A stretch of 32,000 nucleotides of DNA, from contig NZ_AP028907.1 in the NCBI RefSeq assembly GCF_036323395.1, forward strand, positions 1,440,001 to 1,472,000, read 5' to 3'. The notes under the pieces were generated by a model that was not told the DNA's origin, did no database searches, and saw nothing but the letters and a program-made list of their open reading frames with translations. This DNA is from Pyrodictium abyssi. Its GTDB lineage: Archaea > Thermoproteota > Thermoprotei_A > Sulfolobales > Pyrodictiaceae. The position numbers and the translations under genes are program-made. Below, piece by piece: positions 1-7,383 of the stretch (positions within the stretch are counted from its first letter, which is position 1; the number at the start of each line of letters is the position of its first letter).

Positions 1-96
1 CTCGCTCCTTGATAGGCCGTGCTCCTGTGCTACTCTATCAAACTCCCGTAGCAGCTCCTGTGGGACGCGGACGTAGATGGCCGACGCTGTGCTCAA
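1..96 (-). CDS. Ribbon-helix-helix (CopG/NikR-type) DNA-binding protein; only the N-terminal 32 codons are present and the gene runs off the left edge
   Basis: My own minus-strand translation starts at TTG 96-94, with an in-frame TGA at 102-100 just upstream. It reads STASAIYVRVPQELLREFDRVAQEHGLSRSE... A short beta-strand followed by 'P.ELL..FD......G.SRSE' is the classic RHH N-terminus. It is missing from the ORF track only because it is truncated. Confidence 0.4.
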   Translation of the reverse strand, partial: MSTASAIYVRVPQELLREFDRVAQEHGLSRSE

Positions 97-158
97 GGAT
101 CAATCACCTATAATGTTTTCATTGCCTTCTTGCTCGGGTATAGAGGAGAGGGCAAACC

Positions 159-255
159 CAATATATATCTTTTTTATACAAGCAGCGATCCAATGTCTTA
201 ACCCTTGTTTAAGATGCTGTGCTGGAGGCCGCCGACCTGGACGCAAAAATATAGG
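159..255. promoter_or_regulatory. AT-rich divergent promoter region between the RHH gene and the 68-aa ORF
   Basis: TATA-like runs 'aatatatatcttttttataca' (159-180) and 'aaaaatatagg' (245-255). The latter lies ~40 nt upstream of the ATG at 290, which is preceded by 'gggagagagcc'. Confidence 0.35.
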
Positions 256-289
256 AGAACCGCGTGGACGCCGGTGCTGGGAGAGAGCC

Positions 290-496
290 ATGCCCGTGAG
301 CCGCAAGTACACGGCCTATAGGAAGGCGCTAGAACAGCTCAAGCTCCGCCAGCTAGACGTATTCAGGTACAAGGGCTACGACGAAATAAGAGTACTAACA
401 CCGGATAACAAGGTGGTATTGATAAAGCTGCCAAAACACCGCGAAGAAATGACCATCGACGAGTTCATAGAGCATGTAAAGAAGTCGATAGCTTGA
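290..496 (+). CDS. Small hypothetical protein (68 aa)
   Basis: Internal ATG of track ORF 77..496: MPVSRKYTAYRKALEQLKLRQLDVFRYKGYDEIRVLTPDNKVVLIKLPKHREEMTIDEFIEHVKKSIA. The upstream 71 codons are Cys/Arg/Pro-rich, overlap the AT-rich promoter and look non-coding. I recognise no family. Confidence 0.45.
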   Translation: MPVSRKYTAYRKALEQLKLRQLDVFRYKGYDEIRVLTPDNKVVLIKLPKHREEMTIDEFIEHVKKSIA

Positions 497-549
497 TAAC
501 ATTCTAGCTAGCTTTATACCCCATTCTTCGACTCACTAACGCCTGGCTA

Positions 550-1560
550 TTACCACGCTGGGGCGGTCTTACCCTTCACCGCCCTACTGCTATCACGTGC
601 ATACCTTAAGCAATTTTGTATACCCTTCCGTGGTACTAGCTCTGGGCATCTCTCTATAGTGAAGCTGCACCTCCCCGACAAGTAGTCATCTAGGCTGCAG
701 GGCTCTACGCGTACACGGTTTTCCTGAAGGACGCAGCGGGGCCCCGCGTACCGGAATATCTCTGGGTGAATTTCCACGAGCTTGTCATAGACGTTCCATG
801 CCAGCATGCGTATCTCCCACTGAGCATGGCTACACATCCTAAGCGGTAGGAAGCTTTCAAGGAGCTCCCGCGCGTTCATGGTGAAGACTACCCGTGTACG
901 GACAGCATGTGGTAGCACAAACCGCGCGTCCTCTCTCGGTACTCCTTTGGCAAGCATCTCGTAGTAGGCAGCAGTAGCGTTGAGATGTATGCGTACCTGC
1001 TGGAGGACCGTGTCCATGCTCCACCTCGGGTTTATCACATAGGCTCTGCTAACAGCTGCCACAATCCCGTCAACATGTGCTCCGTTACTCTCCCCTGCCA
1101 GTATTTGCTGTACTGCGTCGGCAGCCCGGCTTAGAGCCATGCTGTAGATGCTGTAGTCTACACTACTGCCCGGCTTCTCCGGACAGTTAACCCCGAGTAT
1201 GCTGCATATCTCCAGCACCATGCTTCTCAAGAATCCTTCTGTATACCTCATACTCTGCTGTGTATAGCTTGCTATCCGGTGGCGAACGAGCTGGTGGCTA
1301 CATACACGGCTGCAGACAGCCTCGAAAGTGTACACGGCGTGCTCTAGGGGGCTTCCATGCCCTCTACGTACAAGTTCACGTATCCATTTCTCGATATCGC
1401 TAGGCTGCATTTCCCAGGCCTTTTCCACCGGCTTCTTCGAGACTGTTATCCTGGCAGCTGCAGCGGCAAGGCGCGGAGCGTCACGGGTATATGAGATAAG
1501 CTTGACGCTAACCGGCGGCGCGATAGATGCTCTGCTAGTCGTTGCCTCTAATAGAGGCAT
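550..1560 (-). CDS. thyX: FAD-dependent thymidylate synthase ThyX
   Basis: The ThyX signature RHR..S....S.RY is present as 'RHRIASYTQQSMRY'. The gene has an ATG start and lies 119 nt downstream of the RNR gene on the same strand. Confidence 0.9.
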   Translation of the reverse strand: MPLLEATTSRASIAPPVSVKLISYTRDAPRLAAAAARITVSKKPVEKAWEMQPSDIEKWIRELVRRGHGSPLEHAVYTFEAVCSRVCSHQLVRHRIASYTQQSMRYTEGFLRSMVLEICSILGVNCPEKPGSSVDYSIYSMALSRAADAVQQILAGESNGAHVDGIVAAVSRAYVINPRWSMDTVLQQVRIHLNATAAYYEMLAKGVPREDARFVLPHAVRTRVVFTMNARELLESFLPLRMCSHAQWEIRMLAWNVYDKLVEIHPEIFRYAGPRCVLQENRVRVEPCSLDDYLSGRCSFTIERCPELVPRKGIQNCLRYARDSSRAVKGKTAPAW

Positions 1561-1679
1561 CTAGGCCCCGAAAAGTAGTACTGCAGTAAAACAGTGAGCG
1601 GAGAACTAAGACCCACGAGATAGTGATAAGCACCCTCACAGTTTTAATAGTGTATTCGCGGGGCTCGGCGTTACTACCC

Positions 1680-4676
1680 CTACATTTCGCATGTCTTACA
1701 TGTACTGTTCTCTGTGAGCTCTACTACTACCTCGCCCGTATCTGTTCGTGCTTCTTTTACCTCGAACAACTCCCTAGCTCTTCCATCCATCTCAAGCTCC
1801 TCTGGCCTAGCTCTTTTCCTTAAGTGCATCATCCTCATCTTCCGGCGTGGCTGCTCTTGGCTCTTCTTGCGCCGCCTTATAGGCTTGGTTGACAAGCTCT
1901 TCTGCTCGCCGCCGAAGTAGATTACCTGGAGGCCCTTGCTGCCGTCGCGGTAGACGGTTACACCCTTCAGGCCGCCCAGCCAGGCCACTAGGTAGGCGGT
2001 GAAGACCTCATCCCGTGTAGCCTCCTCCCTCAGGTTTATCGTCTTGCTTATAGCCTGGTCTACGTAGAGCTGGGCAGCCATCTGGTGGGCTAGGTGGTAC
2101 CACACGTCGAAGTCCATGCTCATCGTGAATAGTCTTGCCAGCCTTTCTATCTCGGCCAGGAGCCCGTTCATTATCCCCATCTGCATCAACTTGTCGCGTA
2201 TCTCATCCAGGGCCCAGCGGAGCGAGCCCTTATGTTTGCTGATCGTCTCGTAGACTAGTTTCACAGCTTCTTCTGGCGCCTTGTAGCGTGCAGCCGCCTC
2301 TAGTAGCTTCTCGCGGAACGGCCTCACCACCTCTAGGAACTCGCCGACCGCCACGACGCGCCTGTAGACGAGGGCGAAGTAGGGCTCTATGCCACTGCTG
2401 GTCCCAGCTATGATGCTTATTGTGCCCGTGGGGGCCACGGTTGTGGTGACCGTGTTCCTCGGGGCCTTGGCGCCTAGGAGGCGCCCGTAGCTCTTTAGCA
2501 GCTCCCATGCCGCTTGCGGCATCCATACTGCTAGCGCTAGTAGGTGCCTGGGACTGTTAGCCACCTTGACTGGGTGCAGCTTTAGCGCCTCCCATACGTG
2601 GCGCTTCTCTACCCCGAATACCTCGCGTGCTACACGCTCCAGCACGGGCTCCGGGACTAGCTTTATGCTGCCGTCTGGCTCAACCCTCTTCCGGGTCTCC
2701 CCGACGAGCTTTCCTCGTATCTCGTCTGGTATGCTCACCTTGTGGTACCGTATCTTCAGCCAGCCGTCTTCGAACCGGGCTACCTCAGCCGCCTTGAGTA
2801 GGGCCGGGGTATGCAGCTCTACTAGCTCCTCGGGCTCGCCCTTCTCTAGGCACTTCATGCTGCGCCAGTCCCAGCGCCTACACTCGAACGCGGGGGCGTG
2901 GCCCAGCTTGGCGCCTAGCTCCCAGCTACGCTTCCAGCTATAGACCTCCAGAGCCGCCATGACTATTAGGGTGAATGCTACAGCCTCCTCGCTATCATAT
3001 GGGTAGCCGAGCTTCGCGAGCGCGTCAGCTAGACCCATTATCCCTAGGCCTATCTTCCTTGTCAGCTTGTTGGCTGTATCCTGCCTAGGGTCAGGGTGGT
3101 TGTTGAGGTCTATGACAGCGTCCATGGCGCTTATTACCACTTGTACATCGTGCATGAATTTCTCTATGTCGAAGCGGCTGCCTACCACGTACTTCTCGAT
3201 GCTCATGCTGCCGAGGTTGCAGCTCTCAAACGGGTATAGTGGCTGCTCGCCGCAGGGGTTGGTGGCGTTAACCGCGCCGAGCCATGGAGTTGGGTTCCAC
3301 TTGTTGTGGTTGTCGGGTATGAAGAGTCCGGGGTCGCCGCCCGCCCACGCGTTTTCTACTATCTTGTCCCATATCCTGCGGGCCGGGTAGCGCCAAGCAT
3401 GAGGATTCTTGGTGTCGGGCTGTGTCTCCCAGCCAGTGTACCTGGCTTGCTCTCGGAGCGCTTCTAGGGCTTTCTTCTTAGCCTCCTCTACCACGTCCTC
3501 GTATATGTTGAGGTATGGATTGTCTAGCAGCCAGGGGTGTTTCTCTACAAGCTTGCCTACCCGGCCCGAGCCCGTAGCCCTGCTCACGCTATAGTGGATC
3601 CTGTAGACGCCAGCCTTGGGGTCGGCGCTGTACCTTGGGTTTACCATCCACCACTCCTTGTCCTCTAGCACAGCCTTCATGAATGAGTCGTTCACGCCCA
3701 CACTTATGTTGAAGTTGGTTATGTTGGCGTCCTGTAGCGGCGGCTCCTTTGCCTGTATGAAGCCCGCGTCTTCCACCGTGCTCCAGCCGCCACGTGTTAG
3801 TCTCTCTAGCATCTCCTTGACTGTACCGTCAACCTCGTATTCACCATCCTTCTCTATGGTGTCTACTATCTCTTTGAGCTGGCGTAGCAGGCCCTGGAGC
3901 TGTGGCGGTAGCTGGTTCCAGAGCGCCGCCCAGGGGTCGAAGTCTGGGTTGATTATGTCTGGATGCCATACATGCAGAATACCCATGTTTGCGCCGCGGC
4001 GCTTGCCGCCTTGCTTAACCATTTCCGTGACTACGTCGTATATCTGGATGAAGCTTAGAGGCCCAGAGGCGTAGCCACTGGTGCCCTTCACTATGTCCCA
4101 GCGGGGCCTGAGCTCTGAGAACGAGAAGCCCTGACCACCACCCCACTTGAAGGTCATGGCCTGGACTGTTGCTGCATCCATTATAGCGCGCATGTCATCG
4201 TAGACCGGGGTCACGTAGCATGCACTTAGAGTGCCTTTAGCCCCATTAGCGTACATGTTGAAGAGGGTTGGGGAGTTGAACATGAAGCGCCGGGTTACGA
4301 GTAGCCGGTACAGCTCTTCGGGGTCTACACGGCTCCGGAAGCCTAGCGCTACCCTCTTCATCACCATGCTGGGAGTCTCCATGAAGGCGCCGTACTCATT
4401 ACGGGTCATATACCTGGCCATGAGGACGCGGATGGCGTTGTAGGGGAAGCCTAGGTCGTCGACACAAGGCTCCTCACGCTTACCCTCTGCATACTCCTTC
4501 ACACATTCCGGTAGTGGTGCTAGGAGTCCACCATTGGGCGCCGTTTCCCGATAGCTACTAGCTATAGTAGGGTATATATCTGCGAGTAGGAGCCGCTTGG
4601 CCTCCTCTTCGGCCTCCGGCCGGTACAACGACTCCCTGATAAGTTCTAGCTGTTGCTTGTCGCTACTACCCGCCAC
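1680..4676 (-). CDS. nrdJ: Class II (adenosylcobalamin-dependent) ribonucleotide reductase
   Basis: 998 aa with a GTG start. Active-site loop 'NPCGEQPL', 'TVAPTGTISIIAGTSSGIEP', and a C-terminal Cys pair '...CKTCEM'. I see no intein-like insertion. Confidence 0.9.
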   Translation of the reverse strand: MAGSSDKQQLELIRESLYRPEAEEEAKRLLLADIYPTIASSYRETAPNGGLLAPLPECVKEYAEGKREEPCVDDLGFPYNAIRVLMARYMTRNEYGAFMETPSMVMKRVALGFRSRVDPEELYRLLVTRRFMFNSPTLFNMYANGAKGTLSACYVTPVYDDMRAIMDAATVQAMTFKWGGGQGFSFSELRPRWDIVKGTSGYASGPLSFIQIYDVVTEMVKQGGKRRGANMGILHVWHPDIINPDFDPWAALWNQLPPQLQGLLRQLKEIVDTIEKDGEYEVDGTVKEMLERLTRGGWSTVEDAGFIQAKEPPLQDANITNFNISVGVNDSFMKAVLEDKEWWMVNPRYSADPKAGVYRIHYSVSRATGSGRVGKLVEKHPWLLDNPYLNIYEDVVEEAKKKALEALREQARYTGWETQPDTKNPHAWRYPARRIWDKIVENAWAGGDPGLFIPDNHNKWNPTPWLGAVNATNPCGEQPLYPFESCNLGSMSIEKYVVGSRFDIEKFMHDVQVVISAMDAVIDLNNHPDPRQDTANKLTRKIGLGIMGLADALAKLGYPYDSEEAVAFTLIVMAALEVYSWKRSWELGAKLGHAPAFECRRWDWRSMKCLEKGEPEELVELHTPALLKAAEVARFEDGWLKIRYHKVSIPDEIRGKLVGETRKRVEPDGSIKLVPEPVLERVAREVFGVEKRHVWEALKLHPVKVANSPRHLLALAVWMPQAAWELLKSYGRLLGAKAPRNTVTTTVAPTGTISIIAGTSSGIEPYFALVYRRVVAVGEFLEVVRPFREKLLEAAARYKAPEEAVKLVYETISKHKGSLRWALDEIRDKLMQMGIMNGLLAEIERLARLFTMSMDFDVWYHLAHQMAAQLYVDQAISKTINLREEATRDEVFTAYLVAWLGGLKGVTVYRDGSKGLQVIYFGGEQKSLSTKPIRRRKKSQEQPRRKMRMMHLRKRARPEELEMDGRARELFEVKEARTDTGEVVVELTENSTCKTCEM

Positions 4677-4844
4677 TATAGTGCACCCCTGCTATCCTAG
4701 GGCACGGTAGGGGTAGTCTAGCCCTGCCACAATTAGTGCCGTGTAATACTTCTTGAGTGCAGCACCTAGCACTGTTATGTCTTCTATACGCCCGTAATAT
4801 ACTCCAAGCTACTCTGCCACCATAGTCTAGGTATCACTTGGTCT

Positions 4845-4874
4845 TACCCCTGCCACTGCAGCCTGTCAGGGGTA
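4845..4874. repeat. Inverted repeat TACCCCTG / CAGGGGTA (8 bp stem, 14-nt loop)
   Basis: 4845-4852 'tacccctg' and 4867-4874 'caggggta' are exact reverse complements. The repeat lies 30 nt beyond the stop of the 147-aa gene and inside the long untranslated region upstream of nrdJ. No oligo-T follows it on the minus strand. Confidence 0.5.
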
Positions 4875-4904
4875 GAACTAGCATGAAGGACTAGGTCTAC
4901 GGGG

Positions 4905-5348
4905 CTACATAAGGTAGATTATTATCTTATCGTATGGCTCCTCCTCGAAGTAGACCTTCCGCTTAGCCTGCATGTAGAGCATTACGTCCCGGCTTGTTAG
5001 CACAAAGTAGTCATAAAGGAAGCTAGCAGGCGTTATAACTGTAAGATATCTCTCGAACTCGAGATCCGTATAGACCACCTCAAAGTTGCCAATATAGTTC
5101 CTACCGACAATGTCCACGCGCGGCGCTTCCAGAGGCTTAAGCTCCTCGGCGAAACCTATGAAGAGCGTCTTCCTATTCCTATCTTCTACTTCCCTCTTGT
5201 AAGTGTACTTTGCCTCTATAGTGACGCTCCGCGGCTCAAACAGCAGCTCAGCGTTGGCAGCCCTTATCTCGAGGGCCTCCCTCATAACGCGTAGCTCTAG
5301 TGCACCACCGTTCCAGCGTACATAGAAGCTCTCACGCCTTACCATCAT
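4905..5348 (-). CDS. Hypothetical protein (147 aa) downstream of the KaiC-like ATPase
   Basis: Clean ORF with balanced composition, 80 nt downstream of the ATPase gene on the same strand. No motif recognised. Confidence 0.6.
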   Translation of the reverse strand: MMVRRESFYVRWNGGALELRVMREALEIRAANAELLFEPRSVTIEAKYTYKREVEDRNRKTLFIGFAEELKPLEAPRVDIVGRNYIGNFEVVYTDLEFERYLTVITPASFLYDYFVLTSRDVMLYMQAKRKVYFEEEPYDKIIIYLM

Positions 5349-5428
5349 TCATCCTCCTGCGTGAACCTTCCCTTTACGTCCAGGGCTCTAGGAGCCTGCG
5401 GGTCTTCCCTAATAGCGCCTTGGTGTTC

Positions 5429-6268
5429 CTAGGCCTCGTTTTCCCCATCGGGTATCTCTAGTAGCCTCTGTAGCTCCGCAGCCAGCATTCTTGCCGCGAC
5501 CGACGGCGGCAGAGCAGTGTCCTCTTTACGGTATACCGTAGGCGCTTTTACACGCATGCCTATACCGTCCCTTATCTCTATCTCGTGCATGCGGAGGCTG
5601 TGCTCCGTTTGCCTCATCTTTTCTATTATTACGTAGCGTCTAAGCTCTCCCCTTACGACAGACTTTCTAAACCTTATGATGCCGTCAGCCACGTGCTCTA
5701 TGCCGAAGCCGAAGCCAAGGCTCGTGGTGACGGCGTACTGGCTTATGAGCAGGGCCGTGAAGTCCCAGCGGTATAGGACCCGTTTAACGTAGTAGCTGTA
5801 TTTCCTGGCCATTGCCGGCTTGTCCAGCCAGAAGGCCGACATAGAGTCTACAACTAGGCGTGCCCTACCGTAGCCTAGGTACCTTTTCGCCTCTATTACC
5901 TTGTTGACCAGCGTCTCTACATCTAGCTCTGGAATACTCCATGGGTCGTCTCGTTTACCCATTAGCGCGTCTATTATGACAAGCTTGCCGTCGCGGATAG
6001 CTTTCTCGAAGTCGAATCCGAACATTGCTGCTTGCTTTATTATGCTCTCCTTTGACTCCTCGGTTGTCACGTAGATGTTTTTGTCCCCCTGCCGTATACC
6101 CTCGGCTATAAAGTGGATTGAGAATATCGTCTTACCTGTGCCGGGCTCGCCCACGACCGCGACGAAGAAGCCTCGGGGTATACCTCCCTGTATGAGTTTG
6201 TCGAAGCCAGGCACTCCCGTCGGTAATCGTTCTATCTCCACCTTCAATACTACCACGACACCCCACAC
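5429..6268 (-). CDS. KaiC-like / RecA-superfamily single-domain ATPase
   Basis: 'TGVPGFDKLIQGGIP', Walker A 'GEPGTGKT', Walker B-like 'RLVVDSMSAF', and the typical C-terminal 'RYVIIEKMRQTEH...EIRDGIGMRV'. The start is uncertain: GTG 6268, or TTG/GTG 20-27 nt further in. Confidence 0.85.
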   Translation of the reverse strand: MWGVVVVLKVEIERLPTGVPGFDKLIQGGIPRGFFVAVVGEPGTGKTIFSIHFIAEGIRQGDKNIYVTTEESKESIIKQAAMFGFDFEKAIRDGKLVIIDALMGKRDDPWSIPELDVETLVNKVIEAKRYLGYGRARLVVDSMSAFWLDKPAMARKYSYYVKRVLYRWDFTALLISQYAVTTSLGFGFGIEHVADGIIRFRKSVVRGELRRYVIIEKMRQTEHSLRMHEIEIRDGIGMRVKAPTVYRKEDTALPPSVAARMLAAELQRLLEIPDGENEA

Positions 6269-6374
6269 GCCATGAAGGCCGAAGAAGCGCCGGGTCGTCG
6301 CAGCAGTACTATGTTGCTGGGCCCCAGCACCCTCTACGTATTGTCTGGCTGGAGACTGGCTAATCTATACTGTC

Positions 6375-6767
6375 CTAGGCGGGGCCCGGGCAGCCCCTAT
6401 CGTCGCGGTAGTAGGAGCAATAGCCTGTGGCCGTGCACGCCTCTACAAGCACTAGGCGCAACTGGCGCCCAATACTGGCTAGCTTGTTGGCTAGGCACTC
6501 GTATATTCTGCTGACTAGCACCTCTGCTGTTGCGTCTCTTACTCCTAGCACCTCGTTTAGATACACGTGGTCGAGCTCTCCGGTGCACTCGCTGAGGAGT
6601 CTCTCGAGCACGTAGTGGTCGACTACTGTATTGTCGCTGCCCAGGGGGCCTTCAACGCACACCCGTAGCCTATAGTCGTGGCCATGCAGCGAGGCCGCGG
6701 AGCCTCCAAGGCTTTCAACGCGGAGAGCAGCCGATATCCAGGTTGACACGCAGACACCCAGTACCAT
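6375..6767 (-). CDS. queD: 6-carboxytetrahydropterin synthase / 6-pyruvoyl-tetrahydropterin synthase family (QueD-like)
   Basis: 130 aa T-fold-sized protein with the Zn-binding 'LHGHDYRLRV' motif typical of PTPS/QueD. ATG start. Confidence 0.75.
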   Translation of the reverse strand: MVLGVCVSTWISAALRVESLGGSAASLHGHDYRLRVCVEGPLGSDNTVVDHYVLERLLSECTGELDHVYLNEVLGVRDATAEVLVSRIYECLANKLASIGRQLRLVLVEACTATGYCSYYRDDRGCPGPA

Positions 6768-6873
6768 TACGCATCCCTTCTATGCCGCGTCTCTGAAGGC
6801 CCGGCTCTACGTCTACCCGTGATACCGCGTGCTAGCCGGGGGTGAGCCTCTTAGCTGCTAGCATGCCTGGAGC

Positions 6874-7383
6874 GTGCACAGAGGGGCGGCAGTGGCGCTT
6901 CCGGGTATATATGCTGCTGCGTATCTACTCGCGGGGCCGGCTCGGGGCCAGGTACAGCCTGCTGGAGTCGATCTGCGCGTGGGAGAGGTACACGTTTTCC
7001 GGGAATCAGGGTACCTTGGCGCCGAGGGCCGGAGGATACCCGCCTCGGAGCCACTAGAGCCGGAGGGTGGTGCTTGGCTCCTTAGCCCCGGCTTCTACAA
7101 GGCGGTCTTCATGGACGCGGTCCACATCCCGGAGAATACTGTTGCTACCTGCTTTCCCCGTAGCAGCTTGCTACGCATGGGCGCGTTACTGGGATGCGCT
7201 GTATGGGACCCCGGGTACCGTGGTAGGGGCGAAGCCTTGCTCGTTGTCGGTAACCCGCACGGGATCCGGATAGAGGTCGGGGCCCGGATAGCCCAGCTCG
7301 TGTTCATAAGGCTCTACCCACAGCTCGGCGAAAGGTATAGCGGTGTATACCAGGGCGAGAGGCTAGCGAGAGAGCAGGTCTAG
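6874..7383 (+). CDS. dut: dUTP diphosphatase (archaeal dCTP deaminase/dUTPase superfamily)
   Basis: 'VQPAGVDLRVGEV', 'FPRSSLLRMG', 'DPGYRGRGEALLVVGN', 'RIAQLVFIRL'. The start is GTG at 6874 (alternative GTG at 6892). The 3' end overlaps the 3' end of the convergent MutS-like gene by 21 nt. Confidence 0.8.
   Translation: MHRGAAVALPGIYAAAYLLAGPARGQVQPAGVDLRVGEVHVFRESGYLGAEGRRIPASEPLEPEGGAWLLSPGFYKAVFMDAVHIPENTVATCFPRSSLLRMGALLGCAVWDPGYRGRGEALLVVGNPHGIRIEVGARIAQLVFIRLYPQLGERYSGVYQGERLAREQV

Noticed and set aside
77-289. N-terminal 71 codons of track ORF 77..496
   Set aside because: The composition is Cys/Arg/Pro/Gly-rich. The segment runs through the AT-rich TATA-like region and overlaps the minus-strand RHH start. 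The ATG at 290, with a GGAG-like sequence upstream, is a far better start.
2230-4443. Several 60-150 aa ORFs antisense to or out of frame with nrdJ (e.g. 2566..2943, 3067..3390, 3616..4074)
   Set aside because: They are Ser/Leu/Thr/Pro-rich, low-complexity translations typical of shadow ORFs opposite a GC-rich gene. The nrdJ frame carries unmistakable RNR motifs throughout.
1680-4676. Possible intein in the RNR gene (common in archaeal RNRs)
   Set aside because: 998 aa is a normal NrdJ length, the catalytic motifs are contiguous, and I see no Cys/Ser...HN-Cys/Ser/Thr splice-junction block or homing-endonuclease-like insert.
6838-6860. Partial similarity 'GAGCCTCTT-N5-CTAGC' in the queD/dut gap to the shared element of the 14-17 kb block, and 'CCTCTTAAG' upstream of folE (~18836-18844)
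   Set aside because: Only 9+5 nt and 9 nt match, and the orientation relative to queD is opposite. That is too short to separate from chance without a genome-wide motif search.
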